DNA from: Desulfobacterales bacterium
GTDB lineage: Bacteria; Desulfobacterota; Desulfobulbia; Desulfobulbales; JAJRZW01
Length of the DNA stretch: 35,685 nt
Reading direction: 5' to 3'
Assembly: GCA_026993265.1 (NCBI GenBank)
Contig: JALWTY010000175.1
Span: 1-35,685 of the forward strand
The notes below the pieces were generated by a model that was not told the DNA's origin, ran no database searches, and was given only the letters and a program-made list of their open reading frames with translations. Shown here in pieces: positions 7,385-16,288 of this stretch. Position numbers and translations under genes: made by a program. How positions within the stretch are numbered: the stretch's first letter is position 1; every line of letters starts with the position of its first letter.

Positions 7385-8980
7385 TCATATCCCTGCCGCC
7401 TCCATCATCGCGCCGGACAGCGGCCCGGGTTTTTCCCGGCCGCTGAGCGCGGCGAGGATGGTGTTTGCGAGCTTTTTCCCCAGCTGCACCCCTTCCTGGT
7501 CGAAGGAGTTGATGTTCCAGACAAAGCCCTGGAAGGCGATCTTGTTTTCGTAGATGGCGAGCAGCTCGCCCATGGTCTCCGGGTCGAGGCGGTCGGCGAC
7601 GAGGATGAGGCTTGGCCGGTTGCCGGGGAAGTCTTTGTTCGGGTTGTCGTCCCTCTTCCCCGCGGCCAGGGCCAGGGACTGGGCCAGGAGGTTGGCGAGC
7701 AGTTTTTCCCGCGAGGTGGTGGCCTCGATCCTGCGGTCGAGATCGAGGGAGTTTTGCCGGAAACCGATGAACTCCACCGGCGCCACCGTGGTCCCCTGGT
7801 GCAGCAGCTGGAAAAAGGCGTGCTGGCCGTTGGTGCCGGCCTGGCCCCAGAGGACCGGCCCGGTTTCATAGGAAAGGCGTTCGCCGCGGACGTTCACCGA
7901 CTTGCCGTTGCTCTCCATGTCGCACTGCTGCAGGTGGGCGGGAAACAGGGAAAGAAGCTCGCTGTAGGGGATGACCGCCAGGGTGGAGTGGCCCAGGTAG
8001 TTGCGGTTCCAGATGCCGAGCATGGCCATCATCAGGGGGATGTTCTCCCGCAGGGAGGGGTTCTCCGCGGCCCGGTCGATGCGGTTGGCCCCTTTCAGGA
8101 AGGCGCGGAAGTTGTCCGTTCCCAGGCCGAAGGAGAGGCTGACCCCGCCGACCATGGAGCTTACGCTGTAGCGTCCGCCGACGTAGTCGAACATATGGAA
8201 GCTCGCCAGGTAGCGGTCCGGGTTGTCCATGGGGCTGCCCTTGCCGGTGACCGCGATGAAGTGTCTTTCCGGCACGAGCCCGGCGGCGGTGAAGAGCCCC
8301 CGGGCCAGGGCCTCGTTGGTCAGGGTCTCCAGGGTGGTGCCGCTCTTGGAGACCACGTTTACCAGGGTGTGTTTCAGATCCAGATCCGCGAACACGCCTG
8401 CGGCGTCGTCGGGATCGACGTTGGCCACGAACCTCACCGTCCTGCCCGGGACGCGGAACGGCGCAAGGGCGTGGTACACCGCCCTCGGCCCCAGGTCGGA
8501 GCCGCCGATGCCGATGTTGACCAGGGTGGTGAAGGGGGCCCCGTCCGGGCCGCAGATTTCCTTGTTCTCCAGGGCGTTCAGAAAGGCGGCGAGTTTTTCC
8601 AGTTCGTCGGCCGCGGCCTGGCTTGCTTCCCGGTGACAGGGAGGATCGCCGAAGAGGTCGCGGCAGGCGGTGTGCAGAACCTGGCGGTTTTCACTTTCGA
8701 ACCCCTCGATGCGGTTGATCACCTCGCCACTTTTCATGGCCACGAACTTTTCCACCGCCTTGGCCTGGCCGGCCAGGGCCTGGAGCGCGTCGATGACCTC
8801 CGGGGTCACCCGCTCGCAGCCGTAGATCAGGCGGAAGGAGGCGTTGTCTACGGTCATGGATGATATGCGCTCGGGCGTGAGAGTCCCTTGCGCGGAAAGG
8901 TCCGGCGGGGATGCCGCCAGCCGGGTGAGCAGCCCGTGGGCCGGGAGTTCGTCCATGTTTGCGGTGCGGAGCATAGTCAT
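7385..8980 (-). CDS. pgi: Glucose-6-phosphate isomerase
   Basis: ENRQVLH, IGIGGSDLGP, SKSGTTLET, VGGRYS, MESNGK, GTNGQHAFFQLLHQG, INSFDQEGVQLGK. Confidence 0.97.
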   Translation of the reverse strand: MTMLRTANMDELPAHGLLTRLAASPPDLSAQGTLTPERISSMTVDNASFRLIYGCERVTPEVIDALQALAGQAKAVEKFVAMKSGEVINRIEGFESENRQVLHTACRDLFGDPPCHREASQAAADELEKLAAFLNALENKEICGPDGAPFTTLVNIGIGGSDLGPRAVYHALAPFRVPGRTVRFVANVDPDDAAGVFADLDLKHTLVNVVSKSGTTLETLTNEALARGLFTAAGLVPERHFIAVTGKGSPMDNPDRYLASFHMFDYVGGRYSVSSMVGGVSLSFGLGTDNFRAFLKGANRIDRAAENPSLRENIPLMMAMLGIWNRNYLGHSTLAVIPYSELLSLFPAHLQQCDMESNGKSVNVRGERLSYETGPVLWGQAGTNGQHAFFQLLHQGTTVAPVEFIGFRQNSLDLDRRIEATTSREKLLANLLAQSLALAAGKRDDNPNKDFPGNRPSLILVADRLDPETMGELLAIYENKIAFQGFVWNINSFDQEGVQLGKKLANTILAALSGREKPGPLSGAMMEAAGI

Positions 8981-9008
8981 GGCAAGTTCCGTTTGCAGGT
9001 GGCAGGGT

Positions 9009-9102
9009 CGGAAGGCAAAAGTTAAAAATCAAAAGTATCGGCAGGTTACGAATCATACATCCTGTGCCGCAGGAACTGTTCCGGTTTTTTACGAATACAT
9101 CA
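9009..9102. repeat. Left-truncated long-form family-1 element
   Basis: CGGAAGGCAAAAGTTAAAAATCAAAAGTATCGG..GGTTACGAATCA..TGTGCC..CCGGTTTTTTACGAATACATCA, colinear with 3396-3496. Confidence 0.8.
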
Positions 9103-9116
9103 TGTTATGGGGGAAA

Positions 9117-9164
9117 TTACTATATATGGAGTTGTAAGAGGGCAAGCGCTACTATATATTGTAT
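9117..9164 (+). promoter_or_regulatory. Sigma70 promoter overlapped by tandem NrdR-like boxes
   Basis: TTGTAA(9132)-N17-TATATT(9155). Boxes ttaCTATATATGGagt (9117-9132) and ctaCTATATATTGtat (9149-9164), 32 bp apart. Confidence 0.6.
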
Positions 9165-9315
9165 TAAACCTGAATTCGTGAGAGTTCGGGAGCGGGCCGC
9201 ATGCAAGGAGGCAACGATGTTGATTGTGCTTCGGTGTAGCAACGAGCCGCCCCCCTCGGACAGACGAGTTTTCTGACGCGTCAGGCGCGGCTCCCTTATC
9301 CGGAAGCCGCCGAAG

Positions 9316-10092
9316 ATGCCTCAGGACCAGTTACGAGACTATCATAACAAGGGAGCGTCCATCAAAGCCATGCTTCCCGCCGCCCAGGAAGAAGAGCTTT
9401 TCCGCGCCTGCCGGGTGCTGTTCGGCGACGGACTCAACCTGTCCAGGGAATTTCTCGATTACATCCAGTGGTCCGGGGTCAAGAGCGCCTACCGCCGCAG
9501 GGTGCACGAGTTTCACCCTGACAAGTCCGGCGGCAACAGCGATGATTTCATCGCCCTGCAGCGCGCCTATGAGGAACTGGGCGAATTCCTCGCCGCCCGC
9601 AAGAAAGGAGAGCGGGCCGGCAAGACGTCTGCCGCCGGGAAAGATAACGGAAACAGGCGGCCCGGCAGGCGCAACGGCGGGGGCGGCCGTGACAACCCGC
9701 GCTTGCCGCGGCGGCCCCTGCTTCTTGGTCACTATCTCTACTATTCCGGCCTGATCGACTGGCGCACCATTGTCCGCGCCCTGGTGTGGCAGCGGCAGAA
9801 CCGGCCCCGCCTGGGTGAGATTGCCCGCGAGGCGGGAATGCTCTCCGCAGAACAGGTGCGGACCATCCTCTCCCGCCGCCGGACCCTCGAGCCCTTCGGC
9901 GCCGCCGCGGTCAAGCTCGGCCTTCTCGACCGCGGCCAGGTGGATGAACTGCTACGGCGGCAGCGTCTTATGCAGCGGCGGTTCGGGGAGTACTTCGTGG
10001 AGAAGGGGATTTTTTCACGGGAAGAGATGCTCCGGCTCGTCATCGGGCTTGAGCGCCACAACGCCCTGGCCCGTAACGGCCGATCCCGGTAG
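9316..10092 (+). CDS. J-domain (HPD) protein with C-terminal MshEN-like repeats
   Basis: VKSAYRRRVHEFHPDK...FIALQRAYEEL J domain; four (R/L/P)(L/F)Gxxxxx.G repeats. Start is ATG9316 or ATG9370. Confidence 0.85.
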   Translation: MPQDQLRDYHNKGASIKAMLPAAQEEELFRACRVLFGDGLNLSREFLDYIQWSGVKSAYRRRVHEFHPDKSGGNSDDFIALQRAYEELGEFLAARKKGERAGKTSAAGKDNGNRRPGRRNGGGGRDNPRLPRRPLLLGHYLYYSGLIDWRTIVRALVWQRQNRPRLGEIAREAGMLSAEQVRTILSRRRTLEPFGAAAVKLGLLDRGQVDELLRRQRLMQRRFGEYFVEKGIFSREEMLRLVIGLERHNALARNGRSR

Positions 10093-10097
10093 CGGAG

Positions 10098-11885
10098 GTG
10101 ATCTACGCCAATCTCATAGGGCTGATGGTGGTGATCCTCGTCCTTTCCACCGGCGGGATTCCGGCCATGCCGCAGCTCCCTCCCGTCCTGACCGCCGCCG
10201 TGGTCGCCGGCAAGTTCGTCCTCTTCCTGTTGTCGGGCCGGGTCATGGTCCGCAGGACGCCGGTGTCGCCTTCCGGTTATTCCCGGCTGCTGGTCCGCCT
10301 TAACCTTGCCGCCATAGTATTTTTTGCCGTTGACATCTATCTCCTCGCCATAAAACGTTTTTTCGCCGCCCTGCCTCTGGCCGCGGCCTTTCCCGCCGTG
10401 GCCGATCTGGCCGGGATAATCTTTTTTCATTTCTACCTCATAGCCGCATGGTGGCTGGCCATGCCCCTGTACCGGCGGGCGTTCCGGACGGAAACAGGGT
10501 TCGCGGCCCATGCGGGCCGGCAGCTTTCGGTCAACCTCTCCCTGATCCTGCCGTGGATCCTTTTCTCCCTGATCTACGACGGTCTCGAGTTTTTGCCGTC
10601 AGGGCCGGTGCGGGATGTGATCGACAGCTGGTGGGGGGGGATGCTGTTCTTTGCCGCGGTGTTTCTGCTCATGGCCGTTTTTTTCCCCATCGTCCTGGTG
10701 CGGCTTTGGGGCTGCCGCAGCCTTCAGCAGGGTCCGGCGCGGCGGGCCATTGAACAGATGCTCGCTGACATGGGGCTCGCCGTCCGCGACATATGCCTGT
10801 GGCCGGTGATGGAGGGCAGGGCGCTCACCGCCGGAATCATGGGCCTGGTGCGCCGGGCCAGGTTCCTGCTCGTTACCCCGGCCCTGCTCGAGAACCTGAC
10901 CGCCGAGGAGCTCCGCGCCGTGGTTGCGCACGAGTACGGCCATGTCCGTTACCGGCACCTGTGGCTGTACCTTCTGGTGTTCGCAGGCTTTGCCTTTCTC
11001 GCCCAGGCGCTGATGCCGGTGACGGTGTACTGGCTGCTCGGCACCGACACCTTTTACCGGCTCATCGAGAGTTCCGGCGCCGATCCGGGAGAGATGCTGA
11101 GCTTTCTCGGCAGTGTGCCCATGTTCGTCGTTTTGCTTCTCTACTTCCGCTACCTGTTCGGTTTCTTCATGCGCAACTTCGAACGCCAGGCCGACCTCGC
11201 CGCCCTGGAAGAGACCGGCAGCGGCCGCGTCCTTGCCGCTGTGCTTGAAAAGATCGCCATCCTGGCGGGCAACATCCGCGACGAGGCCAACTGGCATCAC
11301 TTCGGCATCGGCGAGCGGATCGATTTCCTCCTCCGGGCCGAGGCCGACTGCAGGGTGGCGGCCCGTCACCACCTCAAGGTCAGGGCCGCGGTCGCGCTTC
11401 TCGTCCTGGCCATGGCCGCAGGTTTTTTCCTCTACTCCCGGGCCATGCCCGCGGTGGCGCGCACCGACGCGGCCAGATTCAGCGAGGCGGTGGTCAGATA
11501 CCGGATGCGGGTTGAGCCGGACAACCCGGTGTGGATCCAGTCGTACGCCGATTTTCTCCAGGATCGTCACCGCGAGCGGGAGGCCTTGGCCATGTATGAG
11601 CAGGCCCTGGCCCTGGATCCGGACAATCCGGATATCATGAACAACCTGGCCTGGCTGCTGCTCATCTCCCGGGCTCCATGGATAAGGGACGAGAAAAGGG
11701 CGCTGGAGCTTGCCGAAAGGGCCGCGGCCATATCCAGGAAGGGGTACATCCTCGATACCCTGGCCCTGGCGCTTTTTGCCAACGGCCGGCAGGAGGAGGC
11801 GGTCAGGCTCGAGGATGAGGCCATCGCCCTCGATCCCTCCGGGGCCGATTATTACGAGAGCCAGAAGAGACGTTTCGGAGGGTGA
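10098..11885 (+). CDS. Membrane M48 (HtpX/Ste24-like) zinc metalloprotease with C-terminal TPRs
   Basis: Multiple TM segments, AVVAHEYGH, FERQAD, TPR motifs ALALDPDNPDIMNNLAWLL and ILDTLA. Confidence 0.9.
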   Translation: MIYANLIGLMVVILVLSTGGIPAMPQLPPVLTAAVVAGKFVLFLLSGRVMVRRTPVSPSGYSRLLVRLNLAAIVFFAVDIYLLAIKRFFAALPLAAAFPAVADLAGIIFFHFYLIAAWWLAMPLYRRAFRTETGFAAHAGRQLSVNLSLILPWILFSLIYDGLEFLPSGPVRDVIDSWWGGMLFFAAVFLLMAVFFPIVLVRLWGCRSLQQGPARRAIEQMLADMGLAVRDICLWPVMEGRALTAGIMGLVRRARFLLVTPALLENLTAEELRAVVAHEYGHVRYRHLWLYLLVFAGFAFLAQALMPVTVYWLLGTDTFYRLIESSGADPGEMLSFLGSVPMFVVLLLYFRYLFGFFMRNFERQADLAALEETGSGRVLAAVLEKIAILAGNIRDEANWHHFGIGERIDFLLRAEADCRVAARHHLKVRAAVALLVLAMAAGFFLYSRAMPAVARTDAARFSEAVVRYRMRVEPDNPVWIQSYADFLQDRHREREALAMYEQALALDPDNPDIMNNLAWLLLISRAPWIRDEKRALELAERAAAISRKGYILDTLALALFANGRQEEAVRLEDEAIALDPSGADYYESQKRRFGG

Positions 11886-12424
11886 AGGTGGCCGGAGGGG
11901 AAAGGGAAAAAAAGGGGCTCCTGATGGTGAACACCGGCAACGGCAAGGGCAAGACCACCGCCGCCTTCGGCCAGGCCCTGCGGGTGGCGGGCCACGGCGG
12001 CCGGGTGGCGGTGGTCCAGTTCATCAAGGGGAAATGGCCGACCGGCGAGGCGGAGGCGGTGGCGCGGCTGGGAGACGCGGTGGCGGTTCACCGGGTGGGA
12101 AGCGGTTTCACCTGGAAGAGCGCGCCGGACGAGGTGGCGGCCGCGGCCAGGCGCGGCTGGCGGCTGGCCTGCGAGCTGATGAACTCGGGGGACTTTGCCC
12201 TGGTGGTCCTCGACGAGCTTACCTACCTGCTTAACTACGGAATCCTGTCGGAGGACGAGGTCGTTCGGGCCTTGCGCGAGCGTCCGGCTTCAGTGCACGT
12301 GGTGGTCACCGGCCGGGACGCGCCCGCGGCCCTGCTCGGCATGGCCGACACCGTGACCGAGATGCGCGAGATCCGCCACCATTTCCGCAAGGGAATCAAG
12401 GCAGCGGCCGGGGTGGAATACTGA
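11882..12424 (+). CDS. cobO: Cob(I)yrinic acid a,c-diamide adenosyltransferase (CobO/BtuR)
   Basis: TGNGKGKTTAAFG, VQFIKG, LVVLDEL, VVTGRDAP, ADTVTEM. GTGA overlap with the upstream gene. Confidence 0.95.
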   Translation: MKVAGGEREKKGLLMVNTGNGKGKTTAAFGQALRVAGHGGRVAVVQFIKGKWPTGEAEAVARLGDAVAVHRVGSGFTWKSAPDEVAAAARRGWRLACELMNSGDFALVVLDELTYLLNYGILSEDEVVRALRERPASVHVVVTGRDAPAALLGMADTVTEMREIRHHFRKGIKAAAGVEY

Positions 12425-13079
12425 TGTCTTCCGGCCAGCGGCCAGCGGCCAGCTCCCCGCCGATCCGCCGGCCGGTTTCCTCCATCCTTCTCATCTGTTC
12501 ATGGCTGTGGCCGAAACGGGGATACCTTTTGCCGAGAAAACGGGATCTTTCCGGGGTGCGGCCGGCGATCTTGAGAAACACGCCAATGGTGCGCCACGGT
12601 TCCCTTGCCGGATGGGTGACCACCAGGGGCGCGAGCGCGGTGGCGCCGCAGCGGTTGAGCAGCCTTTTAAGCCCGGCTGCGTGCATGCGCCAGTATCCCC
12701 GGCAGGATATGAGCGGCAGCACGGTCCGGCCGCCGAGCCATTTGCGGCCGTAGCGGTCGATAAACGACAGGACCGGTCCGCTGGGGTTGTATGACCAGGT
12801 CGGGCCCGCGAGTATGGTGAGGTCCGGTTCCGGGCCGGCGGTCTCCGGCGGCTTGATGGGAATCCTCCGCCGGAAAAGGGTGGTAAGCATCATCTTGACC
12901 GTCACCGGGATCGAGCACAGGGGGAAGCGCAGGGGCGCGGCCGGAACCAGGCGCACCTTTTCCACCCGCACCCCGCTGTCCTCCATGCCGCGGGCCAGGG
13001 CCCGGACCAGGGATGCGGTCTGGGCGCTGAAAGAGTAATATATGATGCGTACCGCGGGCTGTTTTTTTTTGTTCATCAT
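12396..13079 (-). CDS. Flavodoxin-like fold protein
   Basis: IIYYSFSAQT phosphate loop, ILAGPTWSYNPSGP, ISCRGYW. 29-bp convergent overlap with cobO. Confidence 0.75.
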   Translation of the reverse strand: MMNKKKQPAVRIIYYSFSAQTASLVRALARGMEDSGVRVEKVRLVPAAPLRFPLCSIPVTVKMMLTTLFRRRIPIKPPETAGPEPDLTILAGPTWSYNPSGPVLSFIDRYGRKWLGGRTVLPLISCRGYWRMHAAGLKRLLNRCGATALAPLVVTHPAREPWRTIGVFLKIAGRTPERSRFLGKRYPRFGHSHEQMRRMEETGRRIGGELAAGRWPEDISIPPRPLP

Positions 13080-13292
13080 TGGCTGTGAAGGGTGACGGCC
13101 GCGGCCGGTCCGGCGTTGCCGGTTGCCGGGCCCGCAACCAACGGCAAGCCGGGAGCGGCTCCACGCAAGCTCAACCGGGGCGGGCGCGATTCCCGTTGGC
13201 CCGTAACTTGCCGCAGGGCCAACAAGATTACGACAATATCGCCGGAACCGCAACACAGCAGGGCACGGCGTCTCCGGGAGGTTTCTTGCGAT

Positions 13293-14657
13293 ATGGATCA
13301 GGCAGACATAGTCATCATCGGCGCGGGGCTTTCAGGGCTGAGCGTGGCCCATTTCCTTTCCCGCCTGTCGCCGGATCGCAGCGTAATCCTGTTCGAGGGT
13401 TCGTCCCGGCCGGGCGGCGCGGTGCGTTCCTTTGCCAGAGACGGCTACCGGGGTGAGTGGGGGCCGCACGGCTTTCTCGACAACAACCCTTCCAGCCGCA
13501 AGATTCTTGCACACACCGGCCTGGACAAACGGGTCCAGGCCGCGCCGCTCGGCGATTTCAAGCGCTACATCTGCTCCGGAGGCCGGCTCGTGGCCCTGCC
13601 CCAGTCGCCGCCGGCCCTGATGTCCTCGCCGCTTCTTTCCCTTCGGGGCAAGCTGCGCCTGCTTGGCGACCTGTTCATAAAACCAGATCCGGCGGAGCAG
13701 AGCGTGGCCGCCTGGGCCGCCCGCCGTTTCGGCCGTGGGGTTCTGCCGATGGTGGACGCCGCGGTCACCGGCACGTTCGCCGGCGACATGGAACGGCTCT
13801 CCATCGACGCGGTCATGCCCGGCGTGCGGGCCCTGGAGAAGGAGCACGGCTCGGTCCTGCGCGGACTTGTCGGAAAGAAGAAAAAGGGCGGCGGCAGCGG
13901 CCTGCCTTCCATGCTCAACTTTCCTGGCGGCATGGAAGAGTTGATCGACGCCCTGGCCGCGGACCGGAACATAGTCTATGACGCCGCAGCTGTCGCGGTG
14001 CGGCGTGAGGCCTGCGGCTGGACAGTGGAATGCGAAGGCGGGAGCGTCCGGGCCGGAACCGTGGTCTGCGCCCTGCCGGTCAACCGGGCCCTGGCCCTGC
14101 TTTCTTCCCTTTCCCCGCCGCCTGTGCGTGAGATCCCCGAAGCGGTTATCGTGAACGTCCTTTTCGGGGTTGACCGCGGCCGGCTTGAGCTGCCAAAGGC
14201 ATTCGGATATCTGGCCCCGGAGCGGGAGAAACGTTTCGCCCTCGGCGCCATGTTCACCTCCAGCATGTTTCCGGATCGCTGCCCTGGGGACCGGGTCTTG
14301 CTCGAGGTACTGGTGGGCGGCCGCCGTCATCCGGAGCGGGCCGGCATGGACGACGCCGAAATGGTGGCCGCGGTCGGTCGCGACCTTGGCGATATTCTCG
14401 GGTTTGACGGCCGTCCCGATTTTGTCGAGGTGCTGCGGCCAGCTTCCGGAATCCCGCAGATGGAAATGGGCCACACGGCGCTTCTTGCCTGGCGGCGGCA
14501 ACTGGAAGAGACGCAGCCTGGGCTTCTGGTCTGCGGTTTCGGTTGGGATGGAATCGGCATGAACGAGATGATGGCCGCGGCGGAACGGACGGCGCAACGC
14601 ATCGCCGCAGGCGGGGCCGCGGCCGGCGGGCCCGAGTTAAAACCGGTGTACTTCTGA
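13293..14657 (+). CDS. hemG: HemY-type protoporphyrinogen/coproporphyrinogen oxidase
   Basis: IIGAGLSGL FAD motif, GEWGPHGF, FPGGMEELIDAL, FGYLAP, GIPQ, GIGM. Confidence 0.9.
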   Translation: MDQADIVIIGAGLSGLSVAHFLSRLSPDRSVILFEGSSRPGGAVRSFARDGYRGEWGPHGFLDNNPSSRKILAHTGLDKRVQAAPLGDFKRYICSGGRLVALPQSPPALMSSPLLSLRGKLRLLGDLFIKPDPAEQSVAAWAARRFGRGVLPMVDAAVTGTFAGDMERLSIDAVMPGVRALEKEHGSVLRGLVGKKKKGGGSGLPSMLNFPGGMEELIDALAADRNIVYDAAAVAVRREACGWTVECEGGSVRAGTVVCALPVNRALALLSSLSPPPVREIPEAVIVNVLFGVDRGRLELPKAFGYLAPEREKRFALGAMFTSSMFPDRCPGDRVLLEVLVGGRRHPERAGMDDAEMVAAVGRDLGDILGFDGRPDFVEVLRPASGIPQMEMGHTALLAWRRQLEETQPGLLVCGFGWDGIGMNEMMAAAERTAQRIAAGGAAAGGPELKPVYF

Positions 14658-14703
14658 CCGGCTCGTAACAAGCCCGCGATGCGGTCTTTTTACGAGTCCA
14701 TCA
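14655..14703. mobile_element. Short-form family-1 element, 49 bp
   Basis: TGACCGGCTCGTAACAAG...CTTTTTACGAGTCCATCA. Exact direct repeat ACTTCTGACC at 14650-14659 and 14703-14712. Its left TGA is the hemG stop. Confidence 0.8.
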
Positions 14704-14774
14704 CTTCTGACCAAGCCGTCTTCCAGGCGGCACGTGAAAACCTGCGGCGCTCGTTCCGTTTTTTCAACGGGCTG

Positions 14775-14966
14775 TCAGATCCCCGAGCTCCTTATCCACT
14801 TCTGGTGCAGGCGGTTGCGCATGGTCTTTTCCATCATGATCCGGAAACAGTCGGGACAGTATCCGTGCGACACCGGCTCCGGCGGCCTTTTCTCCACCGG
14901 CGGCGCGACGATCCAGACGTCGTCGCCTATCCGGCGGCGCTGGCAGATGCAGCAGACGGTCTTCAT
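14775..14966 (-). CDS. Small putative zinc-binding protein (CxxC...SHGxCPxC)
   Basis: 63 aa with VCCICQ and SHGYCPDC. RBS GGAAGGAG directly upstream, 8 nt after the dnaA stop. Confidence 0.75.
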   Translation of the reverse strand: MKTVCCICQRRRIGDDVWIVAPPVEKRPPEPVSHGYCPDCFRIMMEKTMRNRLHQKWIRSSGI

Positions 14967-14974
14967 TCTCCTTC

Positions 14975-16288
14975 CTACCCTTCTCCGGCAAGTTTGCGGT
15001 CGATGAGTTCCACCTGTTCCCTGATGCTGGTTGAGCGGTTCATCTGCTCGGTGACCGCCCGGACCGCGTGGACCACGGTGGAGTGGTCGCGGTTGAAGGC
15101 GCGGCCGATGGCGGCGAGCCCCTCGTCGGTGTGTTTGCGGGCCAGGTACATGCCGATCTGCCGCGGCAGGGCCACGGCCCGTTTGCGGGTGCGGGATCTG
15201 AGGGTCTGCACCGGAATCCTGAACTGGTCGGCGATGAAGTCGCGGATGGTTTCCGCGGTCATGCGGCGCTGGCGGCCGAGGATGTCCCTGAGCACCGATT
15301 CGACCAGGTTCTGATCCGGTTTCTTCTTCTCCAGGCTTGCTCTGGCCTTGATGGTGGCGATGGCGCTTTCCACCCGGCGGATGTCGCCGGTGAGATCGCG
15401 GGCGAGCATCTCCACCAGCTCTTCGGACAGGGAGAGCCCGCAGTTCTTAGCCTTGCGGCGGACGATGTGGATCCGGGTGAGGCGGTCTGGCGGGTTGATG
15501 GTGGCGATCAGCGCGCTCGACAGCTTTGATTTCAGCTCCGGATCAATGCCGTCGATATCGAGCGGGGCCAGGTTGCCGGTGTAGATGATGCGTTTGCCGC
15601 GTTCGGTCAGGGTGTCTATGGCCTGGACGATTATCTCCTGGCTCTTGGTCCTGCCGCTCAGGGCCGGCAGGTTTTCGAGGAGCAGGATGTCGCAGCCGTG
15701 GTAGGTGCGGTTGAAACTGTCCATGTCGCCGGTACGGATGGACCTGACCATGTCGGCGGTGAACTGGTGCGCGGTGCGGTAGACGATGACCTCGCCCCGC
15801 CGGTTCCTGAGCACGTGGTGGGCCACGGCCTGGGTCAGGTGGCTCTTGCCCAGCCCGTGACCCGCCTTTAGGTACACCGCCTGGCCCAGGCTGGTGTCGC
15901 CGTTGGCGATGGCGTCGCAGGCGGTGCGGGCCATGGCGTTCGACTCGCCGGTCATGAATTCGTCAAAGGTGAAACGGGGATGCAGGGTTCTGACCACCGA
16001 TTCCCTGGCCTCGGGCATGTGGGGCAGGGCCAGCTGGGCGGACGCGGCCCCGCCTTCGTCCGCGGCCCTTATCACAAGCTCGGTTTCGCTGCGGCCGAGT
16101 TCGGTGAGCCTGTTTCTGAGCTCTCTTGCGTAGCGATCCGAGACCCAGCGGGCGAAAAAAGCGTTCTCGGCTGCGAGAACCAGCCGTTCGCGGCTGCTTT
16201 CAAGGCAGACGAGCGGCTTTATCCACAATTCGAATTCGTTTGCCGGAAGACTGCGGCTCAGAGCTTTTTTGATGTTTTCCCAGGCCAT
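14975..16288 (-). CDS. dnaA: DnaA-family replication initiator paralog with degenerate AAA+ motifs
   Basis: LHPRFTFDEF, GLGKSHL, domain IV PRQIGMYLAR...IGRAFNRDHSTVVHA. Start at ATG16288 after RBS GGAAGGGG. No dnaN follows. Confidence 0.9.
   Translation of the reverse strand: MAWENIKKALSRSLPANEFELWIKPLVCLESSRERLVLAAENAFFARWVSDRYARELRNRLTELGRSETELVIRAADEGGAASAQLALPHMPEARESVVRTLHPRFTFDEFMTGESNAMARTACDAIANGDTSLGQAVYLKAGHGLGKSHLTQAVAHHVLRNRRGEVIVYRTAHQFTADMVRSIRTGDMDSFNRTYHGCDILLLENLPALSGRTKSQEIIVQAIDTLTERGKRIIYTGNLAPLDIDGIDPELKSKLSSALIATINPPDRLTRIHIVRRKAKNCGLSLSEELVEMLARDLTGDIRRVESAIATIKARASLEKKKPDQNLVESVLRDILGRQRRMTAETIRDFIADQFRIPVQTLRSRTRKRAVALPRQIGMYLARKHTDEGLAAIGRAFNRDHSTVVHAVRAVTEQMNRSTSIREQVELIDRKLAGEG

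Noticed and set aside
13062-13070. T9 run near the start of the flavodoxin-like gene as a phase-variation tract
   Set aside because: Gene is in frame (encodes KKK) and there is no evidence of variation
14724-14777. Degenerate inverted repeat (GGCGGCACGTGAAAAC...GTTTTTTCAACGGGCTGTC) and parS-like CACGTGAAA
   Set aside because: Pairing is too imperfect to call a terminator, and only half of the parS palindrome is present
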